A DNA stretch of 59,236 bases from a bacterium (GCA_963663405.2 CAXXSM010000047.1:1-59236), one strand, 5' to 3'; shown: positions 39,511 to 50,910, counted from the stretch's first letter. The notes: generated by a model from the letters alone, not told the origin. Numbers and translations: made by a program.

Positions 39511-42378
39511 TTAAGGAAGGATTTTTACAAGACGTAATCCTATGCTAACAAAATAACGTTTTTCAGGAGGAGCATGTGCTCTATTCGCTGATTGACAGGA
39601 ACTGGCAGATAAATCCCAAGCGCCTCCTCGATAGACTCGATCGACACCGGTTTTAGGTCCAATAGGATCAATCTTTGGTTCCTTTGTGTACGGAGCATAA
39701 AAATCCTGACACCACTCCCACACATTTCCGCTGATATCGTATAAGCCAAATGGATTAGGAGGCATCATACCTACGGGATTGTATCCACCTCCCCTTGTGT
39801 GGCAAGCGTGGATTTTATTATCGAGAATATTCCACTCATCACCCCAATAGAAGCGCGTTGTTGTTCCTGCACGACAAGCATATTCCCATTCGGCTTCGGT
39901 TGGTAGCCTGAAGGTTCCTATTTCCAGGTCATTTAATTTATTTATGAAGTCTTGGCATTCGTTCCATGTCACACTGCAAATAGGAAAGTTAATTCCAATA
40001 GATTGATTAATTTCAGGGAGTGAACCCATAATCGCTTTCCATTGACCTTGGGTTGTTTCATATTTTCCAATATAGAAGTCATTCGTCAATGAGACTTGAT
40101 GTGGTGTCGCGTCAGGATATCGCAATGAATCTGTTGTTCCCATATTAAAAGTACCTCCTTCGATCAATACCATTTCAAGAGGGAACGCGTTTTCAGGTAA
40201 ATTGGGTAAATCAATAGTAATAATTTTTTGAGATAATTTCGCTTGTAGATACAGTTCTTGAGCGTCCTGAGGTGTAATGGATCCATCTCGATTTACATCG
40301 TCTAATCGTTTTTGTACAACGGTTAAATTATCTTTATAAAAAAAATTTGAAAAAATGGTAATGAAATCATCAAAATTAATTCTTCCATCCCGGTTTGAAT
40401 CCCCTGGATGCATGCAAATATAGGGATTGAATACATTTTGTGGTGAATACTCGAAACCACTTACAAGTGATTCCCATGAATCATACTGAGGAGGACCTAT
40501 GACTTTTCTTAAAAACCATATGTCATCCCAAATATCATAATCCAAATCGTTATAGCGCAAATCTAATGTTATTATACCTCTGTCTCGATTCTTCTCTCTT
40601 TCAATAATACTTGAAATAGAATCTATGTGATTATTATTGCATATTAAGAAGGATAATAAGGAGTTTTGGCTAACGTCAATGTTGCTCAACAGATTATGAG
40701 AGCATGTTAATCCAATCAATTTAGTATTCTTAGAAATATCGATATCTGTCAAACGATTATTTGAACAATTGAGAAATTCTAATTGTGGCGAATCAGCGAC
40801 ATATAAACTAGACAAATGATTATCGCTGCAATAAAGACTATACAATGATATAGCGTTTGATGTATCCAAGTAGACTAGTTGATTATCATAACAAGTCAGA
40901 TGTGTTAGGTATGGATGATCAGAACAAATCAATTGTGTTAGCTGATTAGTCGAACAATCAAAGTATTTTAGAAGATGGTTATTCGATACATCTATACGCT
41001 CCAGCTGATTTCTGCTGCACTGAAGAGTATGTATATTGGTCGCAAAGGTTATATCTAAATTGGTCAATTGGTTCGAGGATATTCTGAGTATTTCTAATTT
41101 TTGATTGTTGGAAACATTTAAATAAGTGAGTTCATTATTCTCACACCAGAGGTAAATTAATGAGGGATTGTTCGTCAGGTCTAAATGAGTTAACGAATTG
41201 TTATCGCATGCAAGTTCTCGTAAATTTTTTGAATTCGAAATATCTAAATAGTTTATTTCATTATTTGAACAATACAGTTCAGTTATCCCAGTTAATAACT
41301 CAATTCCAGTCACATCCTTGATCGACATACCTGAACAGCTGAAAACACCAATTCTTGAAGCCACATCTTTCATCGTGAAAGGACTTCTATAATCGACACC
41401 CATAAATTGCTCTACCGCTGCGCGAAAATTTGGATCTGGAAAAAAATATGGAAGATTAATGTTTTCACCAATCAGTTCAAAGGGATCAATTCCATTTTGA
41501 GGAGAATAAGCGAATCCCCATCTAAGATCTTCAACCCAATCGAAATAATAGGCCTCTTCCAGACGATTTCTTAATGTCAAAACATCATCCCAATCATCAT
41601 AATCAAGATTGTTGTACCGGATATCTAGAATATCTTGTTGAGAAAATTGCTCATTGATCACAAAACTGGTAATGTTTGACAAAAGGTTATGACTGCAATA
41701 GACTTCTGTCAATTTTGTATTGTAAGAAACATCTAAATGAGATATTTGATTATGATCACATCGTAAAGTTGCTAATTGCAAATTTTTAGAAATGTCTATA
41801 ACCATTAAGTTGTTATGTGAACAATTCAACTCATATAAAAAATTGTTTCTAGAGAGATCTAAATGTAAAAGTTTATTCTCATAACAATGTAGTAGTTGTA
41901 ATTCCGTTGTGTTTTCAAGATTCAGACTCGTCAGCCGGTTCATAGGACAATATAGGTAAAATAGAGTTGGCGTTGTCGGCAATTCTAAATGAATTAATTG
42001 ATTATTCGCGCATGAAACATGTTTCAATGACATATTTTGTGAGAGATCTAAGTAAGTCAGTAAGTTGTTATCACAATACAATCCAATAACACTTGTAAAG
42101 TATTCAATGCCTTTCATATCGGATATTTTTTTATTTGGACAATACAATGTGTCAATTGAAGCGATGTCTATGGCTGTAAATACACCACCTGGTTTGACAT
42201 TCATGATTGATTCTACAACCTGGCGAAAATTTGGATCCGGAAAATTTTGGGGAGTGTTGATATTATCTTGTAGAGACTTCTCTATGGGATTTTGTGCATT
42301 ACTTTTAGGGGGGAAAATTAATAAAAGAGTAAAACTCAGTGCAATCTTTAGTGTCCACAAAACATTTAGATATTTCAT
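39511..42378 (-). CDS. Exported protein: two LRR modules + dockerin + FGE-sulfatase domain
   Basis: Signal peptide; two FPDPNFR...YSPQN LRR blocks; GDSNRDGRINFDD...DVNRDGSITPQD; RLPTEAEWEYACRAG. Confidence 0.85.
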   Translation of the reverse strand: MKYLNVLWTLKIALSFTLLLIFPPKSNAQNPIEKSLQDNINTPQNFPDPNFRQVVESIMNVKPGGVFTAIDIASIDTLYCPNKKISDMKGIEYFTSVIGLYCDNNLLTYLDLSQNMSLKHVSCANNQLIHLELPTTPTLFYLYCPMNRLTSLNLENTTELQLLHCYENKLLHLDLSRNNFLYELNCSHNNLMVIDISKNLQLATLRCDHNQISHLDVSYNTKLTEVYCSHNLLSNITSFVINEQFSQQDILDIRYNNLDYDDWDDVLTLRNRLEEAYYFDWVEDLRWGFAYSPQNGIDPFELIGENINLPYFFPDPNFRAAVEQFMGVDYRSPFTMKDVASRIGVFSCSGMSIKDVTGIELLTGITELYCSNNEINYLDISNSKNLRELACDNNSLTHLDLTNNPSLIYLWCENNELTYLNVSNNQKLEILRISSNQLTNLDITFATNIHTLQCSRNQLERIDVSNNHLLKYFDCSTNQLTQLICSDHPYLTHLTCYDNQLVYLDTSNAISLYSLYCSDNHLSSLYVADSPQLEFLNCSNNRLTDIDISKNTKLIGLTCSHNLLSNIDVSQNSLLSFLICNNNHIDSISSIIEREKNRDRGIITLDLRYNDLDYDIWDDIWFLRKVIGPPQYDSWESLVSGFEYSPQNVFNPYICMHPGDSNRDGRINFDDFITIFSNFFYKDNLTVVQKRLDDVNRDGSITPQDAQELYLQAKLSQKIITIDLPNLPENAFPLEMVLIEGGTFNMGTTDSLRYPDATPHQVSLTNDFYIGKYETTQGQWKAIMGSLPEINQSIGINFPICSVTWNECQDFINKLNDLEIGTFRLPTEAEWEYACRAGTTTRFYWGDEWNILDNKIHACHTRGGGYNPVGMMPPNPFGLYDISGNVWEWCQDFYAPYTKEPKIDPIGPKTGVDRVYRGGAWDLSASSCQSANRAHAPPEKRYFVSIGLRLVKILP

Positions 42379-42413
42379 TTTATATCTTTTTCCAATATAT
42401 ACAAGATTTTAAA

Positions 42414-45400
42414 TCAATCTATATAATAAGCAGACAAGTCATCCACAAATACATCCGCGCCTGCAGATTGAACAACTAAATACGCTTTGGATTCCGCGTT
42501 TACCGTGGTTGAGCACATGATTTTAATCCAACGATCAGTAGGAATTGTTTTTGCAGGGACAAAACTTGCAAATGTATTCATTTTGCCATCCGTAACAATC
42601 AGAACAAACGTGGCGCTATCATCAGTAGATCCAAATCGTTTCACATAACATTCATAAACCTGTCTTCCTTCGTTCAAATCGATTGAAATCGCTGCGTTTG
42701 AGATTCCTCCATTTCCTCTCAGTTCGAGACTGCCACTGTTTGTTTGAGAATGGTTTTCAAAAGAAAACATAGGACCGACAGCGCCTAATTGCAGCAAATC
42801 TCCAATCCACCCATCCAGGTTAGGTACGCTTCCATCGATTCCAAGATTAATATCATTTATTGGTATCAGCGTATCGACATTATATGCATCTAGTTTAGTT
42901 ATCGTTACAGAAGCGGGTGTTTCTCCTCCATTGTAAACTTGAAACGCTGGATAGATATTTCCTGTATGAGATATAAACAATGTATCAATTTCTTGATTGC
43001 CATCCATCCTTAGAACATTTCCAGAGGGATTGGTATAATTAACAGTGTTTGAAGCCATAACACCATCAAACCCAATCGCAGCAACACTAATATCTGTTGA
43101 ATTACTCCTGCAGTTAAGCGATATTATCGCTGTGTCATCGATTGGTATGCTGTCATTTGATACGACTAATATTCCCTCGTCCGGTTTAGCAAAGATAGAA
43201 GTTCCATCGACTTTAAACGTAATATCCGCCATCCTTGTGCCAACCGGTATTAGGGAAAAGTTTTCCTTAGTCGTTAAATCGATGCTATGGGGTGTTTGTG
43301 TAGGTAAAATCGTAGGTTGAATACTTGGTTTTGGCGTAGGTTCTACAGGTATTGACGTATTGAGAAAGATGACAAGTTCATTTGTAAAATCATCGAGCAT
43401 TGCTAAATCTTCTTTGCCATCTAAATCTATATCAATCGCTTCCAGGCGGAGATTTGCATGATCGCTTGAGTGACGATCAATAGGAAAAATAACAGAAGAA
43501 CCAAATTCACCCGGTTGTTCTCCACAAACAACACAGATCATTACGATGCGCTCACTGCCTTTCTTTCTGCTTATGTATATCATGTCCATCGTGTGGTCGT
43601 TATCCAGGTCAGTTATCACAGCATCATCAAAAATCGCTCCAAGCTCGCTGACGCCGCTGAAATCAACATCCACAACGCGATTTTGAGCCAAAGATTCAGC
43701 AAAGGACGTGTACAAACGCGCCGTTCCATCAAAGGGAAGAATAAGTAAATCATGCAACGCATTTCCGTCCGCGTCTCTTACTTGAAACGCTGACATCGTA
43801 TTTCCATCGATTGTATCTTCAAGTGAATAGGTAGCGCGAAGAGTATATTCCAAGAAATTGGCAGGCTCGAAAAAGCGGACCAAACGATCGTCCCATGTAA
43901 TAACTCCCAATACAAAATCATCCCTGCTGACCATATGTTCGATAGTAATCATTTGAATCGTGTGATTTTGAATGTCAGGTACAATCAATTTTTCATGTAT
44001 CAACTTTTCCCCATATTCCGAAAGCGTAAGGAGGTAAATTACATCGAAATTATCTGAATAGACAACAAAAATTTCATCTTTACCATCCCCATCGGTATCC
44101 ACACAGGCGATGGGTTGCTGTCGTCGTGTGGAAGAAATGAAGTATATGGGAATAGTCGTTTCAACCTTATCGTTAAAATTTCCTTCTCCATCCGAGAAAA
44201 GTACAGTCAGTTTTTCATCATTATAGGACAAAGCGCAAATATCTTTATAATTATCCCCATTAATATCACCCGAAGATATAAATTCACATTGATAACCTAG
44301 AGACAGACGGATTTCATAGAATGGACGCTGCAAATCTCCTGTGGATAAGAAGAGATGTAGTTGTTCTTCAGTTGGTAGCGCTGTGAGTAAATCGGTATAT
44401 CCATCATTGTTGAAATCATCCGAGATTAATTCTTTTGGCTTTGAACTGAGTGGGATTGTGAAAAACTGATGTAGTGAGAAATCGTTTGTACATAGATGCT
44501 GTATAATCGGTATTGGAGTTGTCGGTGTTATGCTTGGTGTGAATGTCGGTGTATAAGTCGGAGAAGGAGTATGTGTATACGTTGGTTGAGTGTTTTGAGT
44601 TGGTGGAGGTGTTGGAGTTTCTGTCGGTGTAGGAGTATACGTTTTGGTTTTCGTTCCAGTTGGGGTAAGTGTATCTGTAGGAGATGGAGTCATCGTCCAA
44701 GTTGGAGTTGGCGGTATCGTCAAGGATGGAGTTGCTGTTAAAGTCGGTATAGGGGTATTTGTTGATATGTCTGGTGTTCTCGTCGGTGAGACATCGGTTC
44801 CCGCCAAACCATACAGCAATCCCCAGGATACCGATTCTCCGCTTTTCACCTCTTCAGGATTCCATTGGACATGAACCGCGGAATCATCCCCTATATCATC
44901 AAGAAAGCTGGTATTGCGATTCGGAATGTATTGGAGTACCACTGGATTATTCTTTATGCTATCCCAATCAACAAATTGAATGAGATTCGGTTTTTGCCGA
45001 TCAAAGAAACTGATTTCGCCGATTAAGTTTGGATTCGTCAAGCGATCGATTACGTGAATGTATTCTGGAATTTCGTTTTCCTTCAATTCAGCCTCATGCG
45101 TGATTGCGTCCCCGTTCAACAGACGGAAAAGAGCCGCGTCATTCTCCAGTATCATGGTATCGAGTATTAGATGCATTCCAACAGAATGACTCGCTGTACC
45201 GTGATTTGACACGGTCCATATAATCTCAATATTATCATCTCGTTTCGAGGTATATCCCTTGGTGAACTGTAGGTCCAGTTGCAGTTCGATATCGCCAATC
45301 TGCCAGGCCCCTCGTATCTGTTGGCTGTTATTTACGAGTGACATGAGCGCCTGAGTCTCTCCCAAAACAGAATTGCTGAAGTTCGAATATCCAACTCCAT

Positions 45401-48107
45401 CAATATTGAGTGAAGACCAGCTTGACCATGGTTTTATAATAGGATCGCCTGGGAAGAGTAGATTTTTTTTATCCTTTGTCTTTAACCGGAATCGGCCTTG
45501 AGATTCCGCTGTGAGAATAAGGTATTCGTTCGATAATATGATTTCTGGAGTCCGGACATCGATCGTATAATATCCTATGTTGTTATCTCCAGATTCATTG
45601 ACTTTTATATAGTATGTGCGATTTGTCTCCAAATCCAATTCGATTCTAGATAGATAATTGAAGGTGTCGATATCATCATGTTCTTGAATAAGATGAGTTA
45701 GACTATCCGGGCCATAGAGATGAATCTCTGTATCTAAAACATCGTGTCCAGTTAACTGACGCGTTTCGATCGTGTAATGAGTACCTGTCGAATACGTATT
45801 GAATTGATACCAATGGTCCATACCTTTTTCTGTTATTTGCGCTTCGTGCGGAGGCGCATTAACGATTAATTTAGTGATTGTTGATGTCGGAGTGGGAGTT
45901 GAAGAGGGCGTTCTTGCCACATCAGACTCGGAAGTTCGTACGTCAATCGTATACACTCCTATATCATTATTTCCCGATTCGATGACCTTGATGAAATATG
46001 TGCTGCCCATAATTAGGGCATGGCTGATCATTGCCGTATAATTTGTATCTGATTGGTCATCGTTTTCCATGATCAATAATTCTTGACTGTCGGGCCCATA
46101 AAGATAAATTTTCGTATCCAGCATTTGATAACCTGATCGATAGTGGGTTTCAATTGTGTAGAGACTATCAGGTATCGCAGTATAAAACTGATACCAATCC
46201 TCTTCTCCTGGCCAAGAGATATCACCTAAATACGGTGGATCGTTTACAAATAACGTCACAAGAGGTGAATTGGTTTTTGGAGGCGGGCCTGTCGATGTTG
46301 GTGTTAGAGTTTGTTCTGGAGTGGGTGTACTGGGAGATGGTGTTGGCGAAGGAGTAGGAGGGATTTTTGCGCGCACATCTATGGAATAATCTCCTGTATT
46401 ATTGTTTCCAGTTTCATGTACTTTAATGAAATAAACATTGTCAGGGAGAAGCAGCCTATTGATTTTCGAGTAAAATTTGTCCTCACCACTATCATCGTCA
46501 TCATCGATTTGCATCTGTTGATTATAAGGGCCATATAGGTAGATATATGTATCTGCAGGAATCCCATCCGTTAGTTGATGCGTTTCAATGCTATAAATAA
46601 GACCATTTTCTGACAACGTAGTGAATAAATACCAATCGGTTTCTCCAATATCAGTAATTTGGGCCACATAGGGAGGATCGTTTACAATCAATACAATGGG
46701 TGTTGGCGTTGGGGATGATGTTGGTGTAGGTGTATTCGTGATTGCTTCATTATTACCGTGTCCTCCATTATCCGTTCCATCTCCACTGCCATTATCCACT
46801 CCTGGATCAACCTCCGGAGTTGGTGGAATGATCGATCGTACATCAATACCGTAATAACCGATATCATTTTGTTCTGTTTCAATTACTCTGATGTAGTAAG
46901 TACTGTACGATTCAAGATACAATTCGATTTTTGATAAATAGTCGTTTTCTGACTTATCATCATTTTTGCCAATATATAGAGATTGATCGTCTGGTCCGTA
47001 AAGATAAATCCAAGTGTCCAATATATCCTTCCCTGCAGATTGATGAGTTTCTATGACAAAATAGTGACCATAATCATCCGTTTCAAATTTGTACCAATCG
47101 ATTTCTTCCGTCCACGATATTTCTCCATGATATGGTGGATCATTTATGATTAATGTGACAATCTCTTTAGTTGGAGGTGGGATGGTAGCGCTTGATTCCC
47201 AGGTTGGAGTAGGAGTAAAGAGTGTTGGTAAAGGTGAAGGATTCGTTGGTGAGGATGTTGGTGTTGGAGGAATGGCAGTTCGAACATCAATAGCGTATAT
47301 TCCCATATCACTGTGATTTTCTTCAATGACTTTTATATAATAAACGCTATGTGGTTTTAGTAAGATCTCGATTTGTGAATAATAGTCATTTTTACCTTTA
47401 TCATCATTTTTCTCAACTGAAATTCTTTGATCATCCGGACCATAGAGAAAAATCATTGTATCCAATATATCCCCTTCGCTCGGAGGGTGAGTTTCTATGA
47501 TAAAATAGGCGCCATAGTCTTCCGTCGCGAATTGATACCAATCAACATCTCCGATTCTGTTTATTTGAGCGAGATAAGGAGGATTGTTAACTATCAAAGT
47601 AATCATTGGTTCATCCGTCGGAGTCGGAGTGGGTGTGCTCGTATAAGTTGGAGTTGGTGTAGGTGTTGGTGGATCCGTTTTTGCAACGTTTATCGTGTAG
47701 GATCCTATCCTCCCGTTCTCGGCGTTGGTTACTTTTATGTAATAGAGTTGAATGGATTCAAGTTGTATGGTTATTTGCGAAAAATAACTTGATTCCGCGT
47801 TATCGTTAATAGCAATCACTTCTTTTAGATCGTCACTATGATATAACTCAATCACTGTATCCGCTTGATTTTGGTTTCCTACAGCATCCGTCTCAATTCT
47901 ATAATAATTATCCGTTGCTGTCGTTCTAAATGTATACCAGTCTTCTTCTCCGTCTGTCGATATTTCACCTGCGTAGGGAAGAGATTCGGTGTCCAAATCA
48001 ATGGGCTTTCCCGGGTACTGAGCATTTCCTTCTGACGTAAAAACGATAGGGATCAGTAGAATATGCGTATACAAAAATCGTGGGAAATGAGAAATGAGAG
48101 TATCCAT
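42414..48107 (-). CDS. 1897-aa exported protein: six PPC-like repeats, FG-GAP/VCBS-type propeller, PT linkers
   Basis: Signal peptide; six DWYxF...DTxIxLYG...YxIxV modules; DFNNDGYTDL, DINGDNYKDI, DLDGKEDL motifs. Confidence 0.8.
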   Translation of the reverse strand: MDTLISHFPRFLYTHILLIPIVFTSEGNAQYPGKPIDLDTESLPYAGEISTDGEEDWYTFRTTATDNYYRIETDAVGNQNQADTVIELYHSDDLKEVIAINDNAESSYFSQITIQLESIQLYYIKVTNAENGRIGSYTINVAKTDPPTPTPTPTYTSTPTPTPTDEPMITLIVNNPPYLAQINRIGDVDWYQFATEDYGAYFIIETHPPSEGDILDTMIFLYGPDDQRISVEKNDDKGKNDYYSQIEILLKPHSVYYIKVIEENHSDMGIYAIDVRTAIPPTPTSSPTNPSPLPTLFTPTPTWESSATIPPPTKEIVTLIINDPPYHGEISWTEEIDWYKFETDDYGHYFVIETHQSAGKDILDTWIYLYGPDDQSLYIGKNDDKSENDYLSKIELYLESYSTYYIRVIETEQNDIGYYGIDVRSIIPPTPEVDPGVDNGSGDGTDNGGHGNNEAITNTPTPTSSPTPTPIVLIVNDPPYVAQITDIGETDWYLFTTLSENGLIYSIETHQLTDGIPADTYIYLYGPYNQQMQIDDDDDSGEDKFYSKINRLLLPDNVYFIKVHETGNNNTGDYSIDVRAKIPPTPSPTPSPSTPTPEQTLTPTSTGPPPKTNSPLVTLFVNDPPYLGDISWPGEEDWYQFYTAIPDSLYTIETHYRSGYQMLDTKIYLYGPDSQELLIMENDDQSDTNYTAMISHALIMGSTYFIKVIESGNNDIGVYTIDVRTSESDVARTPSSTPTPTSTITKLIVNAPPHEAQITEKGMDHWYQFNTYSTGTHYTIETRQLTGHDVLDTEIHLYGPDSLTHLIQEHDDIDTFNYLSRIELDLETNRTYYIKVNESGDNNIGYYTIDVRTPEIILSNEYLILTAESQGRFRLKTKDKKNLLFPGDPIIKPWSSWSSLNIDGVGYSNFSNSVLGETQALMSLVNNSQQIRGAWQIGDIELQLDLQFTKGYTSKRDDNIEIIWTVSNHGTASHSVGMHLILDTMILENDAALFRLLNGDAITHEAELKENEIPEYIHVIDRLTNPNLIGEISFFDRQKPNLIQFVDWDSIKNNPVVLQYIPNRNTSFLDDIGDDSAVHVQWNPEEVKSGESVSWGLLYGLAGTDVSPTRTPDISTNTPIPTLTATPSLTIPPTPTWTMTPSPTDTLTPTGTKTKTYTPTPTETPTPPPTQNTQPTYTHTPSPTYTPTFTPSITPTTPIPIIQHLCTNDFSLHQFFTIPLSSKPKELISDDFNNDGYTDLLTALPTEEQLHLFLSTGDLQRPFYEIRLSLGYQCEFISSGDINGDNYKDICALSYNDEKLTVLFSDGEGNFNDKVETTIPIYFISSTRRQQPIACVDTDGDGKDEIFVVYSDNFDVIYLLTLSEYGEKLIHEKLIVPDIQNHTIQMITIEHMVSRDDFVLGVITWDDRLVRFFEPANFLEYTLRATYSLEDTIDGNTMSAFQVRDADGNALHDLLILPFDGTARLYTSFAESLAQNRVVDVDFSGVSELGAIFDDAVITDLDNDHTMDMIYISRKKGSERIVMICVVCGEQPGEFGSSVIFPIDRHSSDHANLRLEAIDIDLDGKEDLAMLDDFTNELVIFLNTSIPVEPTPKPSIQPTILPTQTPHSIDLTTKENFSLIPVGTRMADITFKVDGTSIFAKPDEGILVVSNDSIPIDDTAIISLNCRSNSTDISVAAIGFDGVMASNTVNYTNPSGNVLRMDGNQEIDTLFISHTGNIYPAFQVYNGGETPASVTITKLDAYNVDTLIPINDINLGIDGSVPNLDGWIGDLLQLGAVGPMFSFENHSQTNSGSLELRGNGGISNAAISIDLNEGRQVYECYVKRFGSTDDSATFVLIVTDGKMNTFASFVPAKTIPTDRWIKIMCSTTVNAESKAYLVVQSAGADVFVDDLSAYYID

Positions 48108-48513
48108 AATTGACCTTCGTAATCTATGATGAGTTTAGTATGCAGGAATGGTCAAAAATAACATAATCAGATTGCTGGAAAATAAACCTAACTATCAGAA
48201 TATTAAACAACGGTTAAATAATGCTGTATTTTTTTGCGATCCAGCACTTGCTATTATGCAATTCAAATTTTCATTTAATTATTCATGAGAGAAATTCCAT
48301 TGTCAAGAAAAAAATATTTCTTTTTGGGGCGTGGGATTCTTGACCGATATGCTGTTGACATCTGTATATGATATGTTACTTTGGATATAAAATTATCACC
48401 ATGAGCAAACCGAATCAAGACTCGATTGCTATCGATTCTATAGAATTCAACGCTGATAGGTCGGATTAAAGAGTTCTAGTGACCTTGGCGAAAATAATAT
48501 CGGGAGGAAGACG

Positions 48514-50910
48514 ATGAATAAGAACTATTTATTATTGAACGCTGTTGTGTTGACTCTCTTATGCGTAGCGCAGACCGAAGCGCGGAATTATTACATCGAC
48601 GCGGTGAATGGTGACAATATCAATGGGGACGGATCTTTTGAGAATCCGTACAAACATATCATTCTGGTGTTTAAACAAGGCGATATGCAACCGGGAGATG
48701 AGATCCATCTCGCTCCTGGGCTGTATACGGATGAGCCGGATCGTTTTGGATTTCGTGAGAGTTTCCCGATCGACCTTTCGGATGGGATTTCACTACACGG
48801 CGCCAGCGCAGCAGACGTTATTCTTGAGGCTAGCCGTACTTCAAATGCCATTATACAGGTTGTCAATAACTCGCAACCGGTAACGATCAGTGGTGTTAAG
48901 ATATACCACACATATCAAAACGGTACCGGAATCAAAATCACTGATTGCATGACAGAGATTGTGACAGTCTTTGATTGCGAGATTACAGAAAATAATTATG
49001 GTCTTTACATAATGAAAAGTCAAGCGATTATCGATCGCTGCATCATCTCAAAGAATGCGGTCACAGATTTAAATAATTATATTGGAGGCGCAGGTTTATA
49101 CTGCGATACATCTATCCTAGATATATCGAACAGTGAGATCAGGGATAATACTGTGAAGGGACGAGCGCAAGGTGGCGGAGTTTATTGCTATAACCGTTCA
49201 TCGATGACATTATATAATACAGTAATCTCCGGGAACACCGCTTCAGGTAGTTATGGAGGAGGTAATGGAGGAGGTATTCATATATTAAACAGTTCCGAAG
49301 CAACGGTGGATAGATGCACTATTAAAGAAAATCATTCATCAGAAAACGGTGGAGGTATTAACTGCTCAGGTAACCTACATATCACTAATTCCATGATTGC
49401 TAACAACAAAGCGGGTGGATCTGGGGGAGGAATGTATATAAAAAAAACTGCCACGATTCTACACTGCACATTCCTAGAGAATACTTCTGCAAGTGGTACT
49501 GTTTCCGTAGAGAACAGCGACGTCCGAATAGGAAATTGCATTTTCGTTAGGGCGATGAAATCCGAAGATGCTCCTGGCTACGCAATCTCCGAACTTAATG
49601 AGAGTAGTGATCCACAAGTCTTTTCCAATCTATTTTGGGACAATGCGGAGAATTTTTATCTTGATGAGGGTAGTTATGGTATACCTTTAGTGCTGACACT
49701 CAACTTTATGTTGGAAGAAGCGTGGGATAACATCAGCGAAGATCCTGGTTTCATCAACGCAGATAAGGGAAATTTCGATCTTCAATCGAATTCCCCTTGT
49801 ATAGACGCAGGCGCCGGTGTTGTTACTAATGTCGTGATGCCTGTCACAGATTTTCTAGGAAGGACTCGTCCCCAAGGAAACGGCTATGATATTGGCGCCT
49901 ATGAGTTTCAAGGAGAGAAGCCCATACCAACGATTCCTCCTACACCCATACCGACTCCAACACCCTCACCCACAGTTTTCCCATTTGAGATCGTAATCAC
50001 TCCTAATGAACTGGACTTTGGTGAAGTTACGATCGGGGAATTTCGTGAACTAGCATTCCTTTTGGAAAATCAAGGAGATGGCGGTTGGTCGGTTGAACCG
50101 TGGACCTTGGCGCCTTTTAGTATTGTGGGGGGCCTAGGCTCAGAGATCTCCCCCGGTGGTTCCGCGATGGTGATTGTACGGTACGAACCACAAGTTGCAG
50201 GAACTGACGAAGATATCGTCAATTTCAACTTCGGCCGCCTACCACTCGGAATACCACCTCATCATGGAGATTATTTCGAATCGAGGACCGTTCGTGGGAC
50301 CGCTGTCTTTGCCCCCATTCCTACGGAAATTCCCACTCCGACAGCCACTCCCACACCAACTCCTGGTCCATTTGTTATCGAATTCGAACAGCCAACAATA
50401 GAAGAGAATGGATTGATCTACGTAGCGGGTGGATTTAGCGAATTTCCCAGCGGCGAAGTTACATTTGTTGAATTATCAGATTGGATTCCTTCATCGAGTG
50501 ATGGGCAAGGGATGATGATGGAAGTAGATCCTGGTGAAGTCGCATTGATTTTAACAGATTTGCCCGTTCATATCGGAAGTCGAGTGGCGCTGCTTCGCGC
50601 CGTAGCGCGCGCGGATCAACCAAATGTGAGTATTGCGCTAGCCGCATTGAAAGGAGACCGTTTGTCAGCAGATAGTATGGACGGCTCAATCGCCACACAT
50701 ATCCCAGCCAGTGCTGCCAGTTTTATCGAGCAGGAACGAGCGCTGGTTCTGCTATACGAACCCGATTCAGGCGAAGCCATCACACCCGTTCTGCAGATCG
50801 CAGCCACAGGAGACACCGGCCCAGCACGCGTTTATTTTGACCGACTAGAAATTCACTTTATCGATACAGAAACAGATATACCTAACGAACTACTGTTTGC
50901 ATCCCCATAA
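48514..50910 (+). CDS. Exported right-handed beta-helix (DUF1565/pectin-lyase-like) protein with Ig-like and C-terminal domains
   Basis: Signal peptide; GDGSFENPYK; GGGxxC repeats; SPCIDAG...DIGAYE; LDFGEV Ig-like domain. Confidence 0.8.
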   Translation: MNKNYLLLNAVVLTLLCVAQTEARNYYIDAVNGDNINGDGSFENPYKHIILVFKQGDMQPGDEIHLAPGLYTDEPDRFGFRESFPIDLSDGISLHGASAADVILEASRTSNAIIQVVNNSQPVTISGVKIYHTYQNGTGIKITDCMTEIVTVFDCEITENNYGLYIMKSQAIIDRCIISKNAVTDLNNYIGGAGLYCDTSILDISNSEIRDNTVKGRAQGGGVYCYNRSSMTLYNTVISGNTASGSYGGGNGGGIHILNSSEATVDRCTIKENHSSENGGGINCSGNLHITNSMIANNKAGGSGGGMYIKKTATILHCTFLENTSASGTVSVENSDVRIGNCIFVRAMKSEDAPGYAISELNESSDPQVFSNLFWDNAENFYLDEGSYGIPLVLTLNFMLEEAWDNISEDPGFINADKGNFDLQSNSPCIDAGAGVVTNVVMPVTDFLGRTRPQGNGYDIGAYEFQGEKPIPTIPPTPIPTPTPSPTVFPFEIVITPNELDFGEVTIGEFRELAFLLENQGDGGWSVEPWTLAPFSIVGGLGSEISPGGSAMVIVRYEPQVAGTDEDIVNFNFGRLPLGIPPHHGDYFESRTVRGTAVFAPIPTEIPTPTATPTPTPGPFVIEFEQPTIEENGLIYVAGGFSEFPSGEVTFVELSDWIPSSSDGQGMMMEVDPGEVALILTDLPVHIGSRVALLRAVARADQPNVSIALAALKGDRLSADSMDGSIATHIPASAASFIEQERALVLLYEPDSGEAITPVLQIAATGDTGPARVYFDRLEIHFIDTETDIPNELLFASP

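Noticed and set aside
25007-42378. Complete diversity-generating retroelement
   Set aside because: FGE domains are present, but no reverse transcriptase, Avd or AAY-rich template repeat was seen
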